NCBI GenBank assembly: GCA_013265495.1 | Contig: MU058844.1 | Location: 2,769,520 to 2,833,519, forward strand | Direction: 5' to 3' | DNA: 64,000 nucleotides | From: Vicugna vicugna | Taxonomy: Eukaryota | In this document: positions 13,524-26,015 of the stretch, one piece after another | Position numbering within the stretch: position 1 is the first letter of the stretch | How the letters are laid out: the number at the start of each line of letters is the position of its first letter | The notes under the pieces: generated by a model | Told to the model about the DNA's origin: nothing | Database searches by the model: none | Seen by the model: only the letters and a program-made list of their open reading frames with translations | Program-made: the position numbers and the translations under genes

Positions 13524-14870
13524 TATATACTGAATTACTTGCAGCTTCTTTAAAATATTTAAGGAGCAAATAATTAAAATTTTAAATAAATGAGAGAGGA
13601 GAAACAGTCTTCAACTCAATTTATGAATCTAGAAAAATCTTGAATTGAAATGTAAGAACATTATTAGAAAATAAATTATAGGACAAGTTCACTTACAAAC
13701 AGAAATTTGAAAGCCCTAAATATAAAATTACAGAATTAAATCCAGCAATGTGTGTTAAAAAAAATACAGAATGACTACATTTGGTTTGGCCCAGGAATGA
13801 AAAGATTTTTACTATTAGAAAATAAATTGGAATTATTTACCAAATTAATTTAAAGATTATAAATGTATGATCTCAAAAGCTAATAACACTCAGCATCCTT
13901 TCATAGTTAAGAGAAAAAACTCTTAGAAAATTAGGAATAGAAGGGAAATTGTATTATGTGATTAATGACATTCTACGTCATTCCCAGAAAAAAACAATTG
14001 AATGCTTTCCTTGTAAAATCATTTCAAGAGAAGGTTGCTCCCCACTGCCCCTTCTCTTGAACATGGTACTAGAGTCCTAATCAGCACAATAGAGTATCAA
14101 AAATAAATTAAAACTAAAATAATTAGAAATAAGAAAACAAAACCATCACTATTCAAAGTTAATATTATCTAAGTAAAAAAAGCAAATGAATGTACAACTA
14201 AATTATAAGAATTGAATTTAGCAAAAATTCTAGATATAGAAATTATCAACAAATATTCAAAAAGGTAATATTAAAAAGATAGTTTCAACAGCAGGAAAAA
14301 AAGTACCTAGAAATGTGCGAATTGTATAGGGAAAATATATAAAATATTATTGAAAAATATAAAACAACCTAAATAAATATTGAAATTAGTCATGTTTATG
14401 GATTGGGAGACTCAATACAGTGAAGGTTACTGGAAAATGATAGAAAATTTAAGTACTATCTGCTAAGAAAAGTGGTTCTATCACATAGTTTCCAAAAATC
14501 AACTCCTGATGAATAAAGATTCCACTGCAAAGTGCAAAACTATAAAATATTAGGATACAAGGTAAAATAATATCTTTTTTAACTCCGAGAATAGAAATAG
14601 ATCTTTAACAACAAACAAAGAAAGGCTAACCACAAAAGAAAGAATGATAAATTCTGGACTTGATACAATATAAAGTTTTTTTTAAAAAAAGACAATTTTG
14701 AAGAAGGCATAAGAAAACTGACAATAGCAGTGAAATAAATGTATTAAAAATACATGAAACAAGCATTTGGATGAAACAATATTGGGTAGAAAAAGCAAGT
14801 CACATAGAATTATTCAGTATTATTCTACTTATATACAATTTAAGAACATAGAAAACTAAGTTATTTTTAG
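12530..14870 (+). mobile_element. Ancient L1M ORF2 remnant, highly degraded (resumes ~15380-15620)
   Basis: A-rich strand with L1 ORF2 relics: 'gaatatacaatctttgc...ggaacatttctgaatattgtcaacatactggcca', 'ataaaattaacaaaactcta', 'tccagcaatg', 'ttaggaatagaaggga', 'catgtttatggattgggagactcaata'. Confidence 0.8.
13459..13521. repeat. Compound microsatellite (TAG)10(TAA)11
   Basis: Read directly from the sequence. Confidence 0.95.
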
Positions 14871-14871
14871 G

Positions 14872-15380
14872 AGTGGCCAATTGCAACAAAGTTCTCAAAT
14901 TCCTCCCATCTTTATTTGCACACTCTTTTGCAATGTGATTTTGCAGCTTCTCCCTTCAAGGGGTAAAGCCTATTTCTCCACTCTTCGGACTTTCACTTGG
15001 CCATGTTACTCACTTTACTTAATGGAAATTAGCAAACATGACACAACTGGAGGCTTGGAGATCTCTTGGAACTTGCCACCACTATGTGAATAAGTCTGGG
15101 TTAGCCTTGTCTTTGGTAAGAGACCTGTGATCAAGAATCCCAGCTGACACAGAATAATCTACTGTAAGATGGATGAGAGAGATCATCCTGGACAAGTCAG
15201 CCCCAGCTGAGCCATCAATTGACTGCAGATGAGATAACGCAGCAGAGAAAGGCAGAGCCTTTCCAAAAAACTGCCCAGACAACCCAGAGAATCATGAGAA
15301 AAGGTGAACATTTATTATTTTAAGCCATTACATTTTGGAATTTTTTGTTGTGTTGCTATGCACCAAAATTAAATGACACA
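14872..15380 (+). mobile_element. MLT1 (F/G-like) solo LTR inserted in L1M
   Basis: 'aattcctcccatc...ttgcaatgtgattttgcagcttctccc...cccagctgagccatc...aactgcccag...agaatcatgag...ttttaagccattacattttgg'. Confidence 0.75.
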
Positions 15381-17139
15381 TTGTTATTCAAACATGTAGT
15401 AAAATTATAAATAAAAGAGAACAAGAAACTCAAATGGTCTCTATCTCTGAAGAGAGTGTCGATATGATGAATTAGAAAATTAGTAGGTGACTACAAAATT
15501 AATGGTAATATTCTATTTCTTAAACTGAGTAGCATGCACTTTATGTTTGCTATTCCTCATTGCTTTCACATATTTTATGAATATTCTTTTTTTAACTAGT
15601 TAAAATAACAGTCAATAAAATCTGTTTTTTAAAGGATTATATGCATTAGCTCTTTTCCAGTCTCTTTACCTTATAAACTCAATATGTGAAATAAAATTAT
15701 AGAACCAGTGTTGAAACACACCTCAGGGGTTACCTAATAGACCAGGCAAAACTCTGGTGATTAATAGATTAAATCACCTATCCCACTCAATTACATCATG
15801 TTCTTTTTCTTATCTCTCTTTATGCAAATCATGTCTCCAGTCTCTGTCCTCTTTAGCTCAATCTTCATATTAAGTACCATTACCAAAGAATTCATTATTT
15901 GTTCATGGGGGCATTGCTCCCTGAAATGTTCTTCTAATATCTTTTGCTAGTATTTCTAGGAACCTATTTGGATTCTGGATTGTGCCTGGCCCATGTATCC
16001 TTTGGATTCCAAATACCAAAGAGCTATCCAAAACCAAATTTTTTAAAAGAACAATATATCATGCAAAGTATCCACACACAAAAAAAATCTCTTTACATGT
16101 TGATGACAAAAAGTCTACTTCTTTGACAACAATTCTTTGAACAAATGTTTGATATTCCAGGAAAAACAAACCAACTTGTGGATTATACAACAAGGGAAGT
16201 ATCACTGTCATAACTAGATAGACCTCCCAGTTCTCTCCCAGGGAAGGGGCACTCTAAGTTTCAGAAATGAACAGAGATTAACCTTGACAATCAGATTATT
16301 CTCATCCAATAGAAGCAAAGATTGAGTTTATGAGTAAAATGCAAAACACCAAGGATCTGTAAGAACCAAATGGGGACACATGTAAACAAGTCATATTTAA
16401 TCATGATAAGAAATGAAATATTTATACTTGTACCTTTTCAGTCTCTGAGCTATTCATGAACCTGGACGATGAGACTCCAAAACCACAACAAGATTCTTCT
16501 ATTTGTCTTGAATTATGCAGAGACATTATGTATTTGATATGAGGTGATCTCATTATTAAAGGAAAGAAGAACAAGAGGGAATACTCAGGAGCAATCTTCA
16601 ACTTCATTACTCTGAGTGGCTATTTACCTCTAAGCAAGTGGCTCAAGACCTCTATATTTCACAATGTTATCATCATCACCAAACATATCATTAACTTACG
16701 TTGTTCCTGCATTTGTAATTAAATTGGTAATTGTTTTATAAATTTGCATAATAATTGCCAACTTCAATATGCTTATAAATTATTTTCAATTGTATAAAAT
16801 AGGAGAACTTAGTCATGTGGGAAGTTTGTTTTCTGGCTTAATTTATTGAGTGACCTCTTTTTTGTGCTTAGTATCTTCATGTGGCCTTTAGGACAGCAGC
16901 AGCTCCCTAGATTCCTACCAGAATATGAGCCACCCAAGGTACATCACCTTGTTTAGATACTCCCTTTCTACTTTTAAGAAATAAGAGAGAGGATAGATAA
17001 AAGGATGGAGACAGATGGATATCTATATGGATAGGTGGATAGATATAGATATTGATAACATGAAAGGGGAGCTATTAATAAAATCAATGAGAGACCATTT
17101 TAAGTGCTAAATATATAAAAGCAAAGACAATTTAATTAT

Positions 17140-19450
17140 TTTTCTCATTCTTCCATTCATTCATTCTAACTCTTATTTACCTATTATTATGGTAGATAAA
17201 TAATGTAAATAAGTTTGTGTCCCCACAGAGATTATAGTAGGAATCACAGAGTTGGAAATAATTAGAATTTAGTGGGTTACATATTGTAGAAGTGTGTCCA
17301 GGTAGAGCAGTATTACAAAAGAGGGGAAAATCAATTCTGCATGGGATGGAGAGAGAGAAGAAAAAGAAGCTGAGATTTCATAGAGAGATATGTGAGCTGA
17401 ACCAGAAAGGGAGAATGGAACTTGGCAGGGTCAGTTGTAGCAAGTCTCCAATTATGGACTCAACAATTATTTATTAAAGCCTTTTTAAGGTTCTAAACAC
17501 TGTGGTAGGTACCTAAGATATAAAGGAAATAAAAACAGTTCATAAAATCAAGTAACTTCTAATTCAAGCTGAGAAACAGATCCATAAATAAGTAATAAAA
17601 TTCTAAAATACAGGACCATAAACTTTATACATGTGATTGAACAAAGAACAACAGACATAACGAATAATTCTGTTTGCCCTAAGGGAACTGGAAAAAGTTT
17701 TCTAGAGGAGGCGACATGTAAGACTGTAAAATTTCTCATAAAAGCTTTTTGTCCATATTATTTTAATGGACATAATTTGGGGGTAATACTTATATTTATA
17801 GTGTTCACACATTCACCACCTCAGTGTCACCAAATGTAATTACAGTCCCATGTGTATTTTCAGAAATAAAAATATCTTCACCTTCATTCTTTTCCTATAC
17901 TATGTCATTCCTCCTGCTATACAGAATTTTGTAAAGTAGTTTGTGTAGAGCTGTGATATTTCATAAAAGCCTGTAGAGTTGCCAAAATTGGCTGTTCTTT
18001 AATCACAAATATTCTTTTTCAGCAAAATGTAACTATGAAAAGTTACAAAACAATTTTTTAAAGAATCTTTATGGGTAGTGTCATACTTCCTCAGATATAA
18101 ATATTGGTAATAGAACTAGCAGGCTCAATATATCAGCAATTTAATAAATCTAGACTTAGATTATGAAACCTTGATTGCATAAGCTTTAAGTACCAATGAT
18201 AGCCAAGCTTGATGTAAAGATCTAGATACTAACTTTCTTCTTGGCAGTTCTATACATAAATCCAAACACATTTAAATTCAACAAGTGTTAATTGATCACT
18301 CATTGTAATCAAGGCACCACAAGAGAGAGAATTATTAACAAATATGATTTCTTCTTGAAATCTATACTGCAACACTAAAATAAAAACAAAAATATGAATG
18401 GGTCAATAAAAATTATCACAAAATGCCTCCAAAGAAGAAAAGAAGAAGAGCTTATGTCTACTGTGGAGAATGGAAAAGCCTCATAAAGGAACAGATTTCA
18501 GTGCCAAGCCCAATAGACAGATCATGGGGGGTAGTGTCAATATGTTGGGGGGAAAAATTACATAAGCAAAGTCTTTGAGTTAAGAAAGAACAGAATGCAC
18601 TCAGGAAATAAACACTAGAGAGTTCAATCTGATCAGATTATACTTCTGAGTTAGCAGGATTTCCATCTCCCATAATCCACTGGTAGTAGATGTCTAAAGT
18701 TATGAAAGCTTATATGACTACATCCAGGCTCAATAAGAAAAGCTGCCACAAGCAATTAGCCACGCTGCTGTGAGTGAGGAAGACAGGAAAGGCAGCCCAT
18801 GGCCTTAGTATTTGCTAACTAGGGAATAAGATGTCTGAGACATAGTGAGAAGTTAGGACAGATAGTTAAAAAAAATAACTCAAGCTCAGAATCTAAACAG
18901 CCTTAAATTCCAAGCCAAGGGGTTTGTGTTTTATTCTTCTTTTAAACTTTAATTACAGAAATAATACAAAGTTTGTTGTAAATAATTTTGAAAAACCCAA
19001 AAGTATGTACAAAAAGTGAAAACCTCCTCAATACTAAGGGAGGGATAAATTGGTATATATTCTTCCAACTTTTATACGTACATACACAAATGGGTATAAA
19101 ATATGTATTGCATATAAATTGCTTCAATATAAAAATAGGTTTCTAACACATATGTAATTCTACAGCTTGCTTTTTTCAGGACAGTATACAGAGATCCATC
19201 TCATCTTTTTCAACTGAAACATAACATTTCATTGTATGGTAAATTACTGACCTATTATTTTTCAGCTAACTGGGAGCCACTGAAATGCTTCAATGGGAAA
19301 AGGAAATAATTATTCATTTTTAAAACTTGAAAAAAGTTGAGATGATAAACTCTTAGAAGAGAAAAAGGAGATAAAGAAAACAAGAGATTATTACAATAGT
19401 CTAAGTAAACTATACTGAGAACTTGGACTAACTATGAGAGACGTTTCAGA
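17140..19450 (-). mobile_element. Cluster of L2 fragments with an old L1M 3' fragment (~18945-19255)
   Basis: Repeated antisense L2 3' motifs such as 'cattcattcattc', 'tcaacaattatttattaaagc...aacactgtggtaggtac' and 'ttcaacaagtgttaattgatcact...caaggcac'. Confidence 0.5.
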
Positions 19451-19944
19451 TAATTGCTTCAAGAAAGCAGTATACAATCATTCTAATTTATCAGGTGGGA
19501 ACAAGAAAGAATGAAGAGAAGAAAGACCCAGTGGGGATGAGTAGGGAGATCTAATCTCTCTGAATAGAAAGGGAACAAAAGAAAGCAAAAATATTTATTA
19601 AAGAACTGTCCTATACTTCACCCTTGTTTTCTAGCACCCCATTTTATCATTTGCCAAGTTTTATCAACCCAAGCACAGTAGTATTTCCTGAACCCATCTT
19701 ATTTTATCCACTCCTGCCATCACTATCCCCACTAATGCCCTTGTTATCTCCCTCTCAGCACTGTTCTCCCTCTAAGTCACCCCACACTGCTGTCAGATTC
19801 CTTTCACTACAGGTCAAAAGTCAAGATGGGTCAGGTGGCTAATGCATATTAACACCTACTGGACATCTGCTACATGCTGGTCACTCTATTTGCTTATTAA
19901 ATGTTGTTATATCACTGAATCCTCACAAAAAGCCACTTTTCAAT

Positions 19945-20070
19945 TTTGTGACTTTGGTGAAATTATTTACCTTCACCCTAAGAGCCAGTTTCCTCATCTG
20001 TAAAACAGGGATAATAGTATCTGCTTCATGCAACTGTTGTATGAAAACTATGATGATGTTACATAGTAAG
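19945..20070 (+). mobile_element. MIR SINE
   Basis: 'tgtgactttggtgaaattatttacctt...cagtttcctcatctgtaaaacagggataatagtatctgcttcat' is the MIR core. Confidence 0.8.
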
Positions 20071-20574
20071 CATGGGAAAGCTAGCTTCCATTAGCATAAG
20101 TTCTCAACCATACTCCAGACTACCTCTACAGACACCCAACTTCCTAACTTTCTTGCCCACTATTTCTTTATATAGTCCATGTTTTCACATCTCACTGCTT
20201 AAGTCCTTGCTACTTTCTCTGACTAGAATGCCTTCCCTGACATCTCTCTCCATACTTGTAAATTCTCCTCACTCTTAAGGGTCCCCAAAAACATGAAAAT
20301 ATTCTGATTTTTCCCGTTTAGTAGTAATCTCTCACCCGCCTCTCTTGCCCCAGCATTTTATAATTTTTTTTCTTCTGAATCATATTTTTATACATGTTTG
20401 TTTACATGACTTATGTATATGGCTTATATATTTATAGGTGTAAATATCTTCACTGCTAGGCCTTTAGCTTCTGTAGAAGTGGGGGCAGGACTAATTATTT
20501 ATTCTTTATGAAATCTAAAATGATATTTTTACATGATAGACTCAACCAAAACAAATGTTGAGAATCTATACTAG

Positions 20575-20955
20575 ATAATTTCTATTTGTCCCTCCAGACT
20601 TCACCCTGCTGTCTGCACCAGCAAGCTGATCTATGGATCTCATCAGTAGGCAATGGAGAAAACCTCCTAAGAAAGGGAGAAGAGAAGTGAGGTTCTGGCC
20701 CTCTCATCTTAGAGTCATGTTGAGCTGGCTGCATTTCTCAGCTGAAGGTTACAGCTCCACTCAAGGTGGCTAAATCTACAGGACCATCCGCTTTCAAAAC
20801 CCAGTAACTGCTCTCTTCACTTGTCCCTTTTGGCTTAAAGGTTACTAGCCCTAAGTTACTACACAGCCCCTACGTTTGTCCCTTTAAACCCTCCCCTTTG
20901 AATTGTCCTACTTCGAACATGCCTTCTTTTTTTTTTTTTCCTTGCTGGGGCCATC
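20575..20955 (+). mobile_element. LTR33-like ERVL LTR
   Basis: 'tttgtccctccag...caccctgctgtctgc...ggctgcatttctcagctgaagg...gtaactgctctctt...tgtcccttttggcttaaagg...ttccttgctggg'. Confidence 0.6.
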
Positions 20956-21717
20956 TGCTTTTAAGATAAAGAGGATAGGATTTGGGAGAGTAACTCCTTA
21001 AATTTTGTCTTATCAATCAAGTAAGAGGAAAAGTCTTTACTTAGCCTGAAGAAGACAATGGGGTCTTTGGAGGCTGGAGGAAATTGAAAAAGGATTAGAA
21101 CAACTGCTGAAGAAAATGCTTTAGGAAGTGAGTTAATGGTGAATAAAGGGGTAGCAGAACAGCATGGAGGGCCTAATTGCACAGAATTCAATTGGCAAGC
21201 TTGCCTGAATTTCTCCAGCAGTGCTTAGCAGAACAAGATCAAGAGAGTTGTTAAGACAAAACAAAGTAAAACAAAACACAAGTGATAGGGTTTGATTAAA
21301 TTGGGGATGATGGAAGATGAAAAGAATCATAGCATCAAAAGGTACTAAGAAAGGTCACAGCCAGGACCTAAGTAGCCAGGACCCAGGACACTGAAGGGAG
21401 ACAAGAGAAGCCAATAAGAGGTTAATGGTTAATCTTTCAGTCCATTTGGAACAAGTATCAGTTAGAATAATTATGAAACATTATTAATCGCAAAAGGCAC
21501 AGTAATTGTGTTTTTTAAATTTTACAACCAGATACAGCTCTGCTTACTTGCAGCATAGCTTCTGTGCCAATAGTAAGGCTGCCTATAATTTAAACTACCT
21601 TTTAAGATAATAGGATTTGTGTAATGTTCTTGTTATTATTCAGAAATTCCTCTTTGGGCTCTCTCTGAAAGTTTGATTTTACAAACACACATTTACTTTC
21701 TTGAATTTAACTCTTTA

Positions 21718-21862
21718 TTTTTTTTTTTAATTTTTTAATTTTATTTTTCTCTGGGGGGAAGGTAATTAGATTTGTTTATTTTTGGAGGAGGTACTGGGGA
21801 TTGAACCCAGGACCTCATGCATGATAAGCATGCACTCTACCACTTGAGCTATACCTGCCCCC
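21718..21862 (-). mobile_element. tRNA-derived SINE (camelid Vic-1 type) with 15-bp TSD
   Basis: The reverse complement reads GGGGGCAGGTATAGCTCAAGTGGTAGAG...GGGTTCAATCCCCAGTACC (Pol III A and B boxes) followed by an A-rich tail. TSD GAATTTAACTCTTTA at 21703-21717 and 21868-21882. Confidence 0.92.
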
Positions 21863-23208
21863 TCTTAGAATTTAACTCTTTAAAACTTCCTTTTCATTTT
21901 GCTTCAGTTTTTACTTTGCTTCTAAGAATTTGCATTTTAGACAAATTGAGAACAACCACCAGATTTTAGACCTTGATGTAAAATAAGCACAAAAGAAAGG
22001 AAAAAAAAAAAAGAAGAAACGCAAAATAATCACTTTAACAAAAACAATCAAGTTCTTGATTGCAATATGAAAACAGGAGAAACTGCTGTGTGAACTCACA
22101 AACTCTGCACAAAGGTTGCCAGGGGAACAATACTCCTAGGTTTCCTGGTTCTCAAAAATGTACCACTGTAATGTTTGTCTGTCTCTTTTCTTTTCCTTTT
22201 GAAAATCTTAACTGAAAATCTCCTCTAAGCTTGTGAGATCTTTGTTATTCACCTTGTAAATTCACTTTTTAGAGCTCACATCACAGAGTTCACTAAGTTG
22301 GCAACATATAAAAAGGCATTGATTTTTTTCCTTCAGAAGTTATGAGTGCTGCCTGCAATGATAATTTTGCTCTCCCTAGAGCCTCCAAAAACAGAAAAGT
22401 GTAAATTGGTTTTGCCTCTAAGTAGCTTTCATTTTTGTTTACTCTCTACCTGCAGATTATAAGTTCCTCCAGGGCAGGCACTAGATCTACAATCTTATGC
22501 AGTTTCCTACAGAAATTAAAACAGATCTAAACCCAGAGTAAGAAGTAAATAACTCTTTTTGGCTAGTATTCCATATAAGATTAAAAAGTAGTTTTGGAAA
22601 TTGTGAATTGGTTTTTTCTTTTCAATTTGCTAAAATGAACTCAGGTCTTTACCATCAGTAAATAATCTCATCTAAGGAAAAGACTGCAGAGGTAACAGTG
22701 CTCTTATTCTATACTGGGCAGTATGTGCTTCTATCCTTGTTTGAAACATTTTCAGGTAGATTGAAAGGGAACAGCCATTTTCTACTGTCTGTTCTAGCCA
22801 TTGTCTCCTGGTGGTGAAGCATGCCCTTCATTTGTGTGACAAAGCAAACTGAATAAATTAGTCAAGAATAAATTTAAGGCCATAGTTAGGGATTTACTAA
22901 GACAAATAATTAACCAAGACTCTTGGTCCAAGACATTACTGTTTATGAAAAAAAAATGAATTCTAAATAATAAAACAAATATAAATTAATTCATCTGTCA
23001 AATATACACACATGGATTTGCTAAATATTTATTAAATATTTATATAAGTGCACCATAATTCGTGGGTATATAAAGTTAAAGAAGACAACATTTTTACTTT
23101 CAAGAAGCTTAAAACGCATTAATTTCTTTTCATGGGAGAAAAATATTTACTCTTTCTATATTATACTAATCTCAGCTGGTTTACAAGTAGAATTTCAATT
23201 TTAGATAC

Positions 23209-23586
23209 TGTTAACAAGACAACAGCCCCAAAATGGAGTCATATATGCTAAGTCTCATATCATCAAACTAAGGCTTAGTTATATCTTTGGCTCTCCCAGA
23301 AATGGAATCTGAAACCAGTCAGTCAGGAGCCACCTGATCAGCACTAGTGAGGTAACCTGCCAGATAGACCCTGCCGTCCCCTAAAGGAAAGTCAGTTTGC
23401 AATAACCAACGGCTTCTTTGCCTCGTTTATTTTCCTTGTTCCCGCTCCCTCTGCCTATAAAAGTCTCTCATTCTTAACAGCTCCTTGAGGCACCTTTCTA
23501 CCTGCTAAATTGGATGCTACCCGATTTGAATTGATTTTTGCTCAAACTCTTAAAATGTTTAATATGCCTCAGTTTATCTTAAAACA
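23209..23586 (+). repeat. 5' LTR of provirus
   Basis: TGTTAACAAGAC...ATCTTAAAACA. Aligns collinearly with 29041-29427. TATAAAA at 23456-23462. Confidence 0.9.
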
Positions 23587-23599
23587 GTTCTGTTAGTAA

Positions 23600-24560
23600 C
23601 AGTAAGAGGCGGGAACCGAAGGAAACCCCCAGGGCCCAGACGCCATGATTACCAGACAGGGTACCTGCTGAGCCCCTGGGCTCGCTGCCTTCGCGCTGCC
23701 TTCGCTCCTCTCAGGAGGAGCCGGGTCCGTCACTCAAGGAGCCTCCAGGGCTTCTGTCTTTGGAGCTTTCAGGCTTTACTTGAACATTTCTTTTCTAGAC
23801 TCGTCTGGAAATGGCCAGAGTTGGAGTGGGTCCGACTGAAAAACTGGACCGGGTCCGACTTAGAAACGGGACCGGGTCCACGTTCCGACCGCAGTCGAGT
23901 TAGAACCAAGACTGGTTCCGGGTCAGACTGCGTCCAGCTTCAGCTCGACGGGGCCCAGCATGAAGCCTCAGGTGAACAAAACTTTGTTTTAAGGCCGAAC
24001 AAGCAGGATTATCTTATCCAAGATTAAGTACAGCGGCCACAGCGGAGAACTTTTAACCTGGACAAGCTTTTCCATTTCCGAGGCGCCCTAGAGAACACGG
24101 GGTCTCTGCCAAGCACGCACAGTAAAGGGTCGAGGGAAAATTATTTTTCCTCCTCTTCAGTTTCTCGCGACCAGGATGAGACCCGCTGGGACACCCCACC
24201 TGCTCCGCAGCCTGCAGAATCCTGAGCAAACTGGCCGAAGCCGGCGAAGGGTAAGAATTCTCATTAAAGTCAGCTCTCCTAGGCTTCTGTGGTGCCTGGT
24301 CAGGAGAGGAAGGGAAAATTTCACGTCGTCCTCTCCTTTCAGATTGGAAGGGGAAAAAAATTAGTAAGAATTAAATCTTTGAATCCTGACTCGTGCAGTT
24401 GCTTTCCAGGTGCTCGGTGGTTGTCGACGGTCTTTCTCCCAGGAATGGCTATCGACTTCTTTATCTCATTTTGTGTCCTGAGACGTGAGGCACCTTTCTG
24501 CCTGACTAGGGCACGTGGGTTCTTCTGTGTTCAGGCAGCTCATTCGTCATGTTGGGGGCC
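23600..24560 (+). promoter_or_regulatory. CpG island in the ERV leader (candidate promoter / first exons)
   Basis: About 38 CpGs by hand count in 23601-24250, in a window that is otherwise strongly CpG-depleted. GC-rich, downstream of the LTR TATA box, with splice donor AGG|GTAAGA at 24250/24251. Confidence 0.75.
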
Positions 24561-26015
24561 AGACAGAAATGTGGGTTGCACTCCACTGGTGGCCAGGGTA
24601 CTGCTGTTGCCAGCTCTCCCGGAAATCATCTTTCTTTCTCTTCGTTGTCTGGGAGTGGCTCTGGGTCTTGAGAGGGAAGTATCCTTTGCACTCTCTTTGG
24701 AGGTACTTCTTCTGTCTATGGGGTTATTCAATACTGTAAAGAGTATTTACTGTTTGTCCCTGGGGGAAATATTCGAAAGGATTTTTTTTTTTGAGAGAAA
24801 ACGTACTGTTCGATTTACTTTGACTCTTTAATATAGCCAAATCAATATAACTAGTTTGACCCATCCTTGGATGGTGGTTGGAGAGACAAGTTACTGTTTT
24901 TGGACCTATTCCCATCATGAAGGGATGGTCAGAGCTAAGATAGAAACAAAAATACATCATTATTCTTATACCTGATTTCCTAGCCTCCTACCTCCCAATT
25001 GTAATACCCATACCAATTAAAACTTATATGGATTTATCATTATACCATATGATTTTATAGGCATGTCTTTAGAGTTATCAGCATTAAATACAATAATTTT
25101 AATCAACATAGGTTTACTGAAAGTCAAATAATAATAAGCTCATGTTATCTCTATTACTAAATTTGTCAACAAGAAAGATAACAAGGTGATAGTTTAGTGT
25201 TTAATATCTCATGAAATTTTCATGAGTAATCTAAACATAATTGTTAAAAACAAGTACATTAAGTAGATTAAAGTTAGATAAAAGTTTACAAATGAACAAT
25301 AATTATGCTTTTTGGTATGCCACTTTTAAAACAGTTTCCAAACTCTTCTTGGTAACCTGAAATCTTAAAGTTATACTGATATAAGTTAAATGATGAATAT
25401 TAATTGAACATCTGTATTATTTTCAAATATGATAAAATACAAAACATTAACTGAACATAAATATTTCTGCTTTGGGTTTCCTTTTACAAAGGAATTATAA
25501 AGATATTTGGGTTTATTAGTAAACATATATTGTGCCACAGTGGAAAATTTATGATGAGGAAGAATATGCTTCTATAAATTATAGAGTGTATGTATGAATT
25601 TGCCAACCCACAGAATGCTAGTGTAACAGACAGCCCACAGTTGCTTACTTCTTAGTCTTCACTAGCAATTAAGGACTCCAAGGCTTAAGAATTCTAATCA
25701 ATATATGCAATTAAAACCACTTAGAAATAATAAGGGTGAAAGAAAACGTCAGTCTATGAAAAGTAGGTAAGAAACGTAGAACAACTGATTGTTCCAGAAT
25801 GAGAAAAAAAGAGTGAAAAAATAAAAGGACAAAATTTGAATGGATCTTAAAAAGTTGCAGAAGGTTTATAACAAAGGAATCTTGGGAAAGAATTTTATGT
25901 GTGGTCAAGCTGACTAACATTGGAATTGGTTTATTTAAGTTTTAAAAAATTAGTGTTCATTTGAAAAGCACACTGGTACAAAATTAGAATTTAGTTTTCT
26001 CTTAAAAGGACAAAT

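Noticed and set aside
13315..13569. Poly-leucine membrane-like ORF
   Set aside because: Artefact of the (TAG)n(TAA)n microsatellite.
16442..16543. Possible coding exon (acceptor TTGTACCTTTTCAG; SELFMNLDDETPKPQQDSSICLELCRDIMYLI*)
   Set aside because: No recognisable protein, weak donor and no partner exons.
23828..23930. CRISPR-like array
   Set aside because: Contiguous tandem units without unique spacers, no cas genes, mammalian context.
24289..24831. 180-aa ORF as gag or a novel gene
   Set aside because: GTG start, no gag motifs (myristoylation Gly, MHR, zinc knuckle). Probably a chance ORF in the GC-rich leader.
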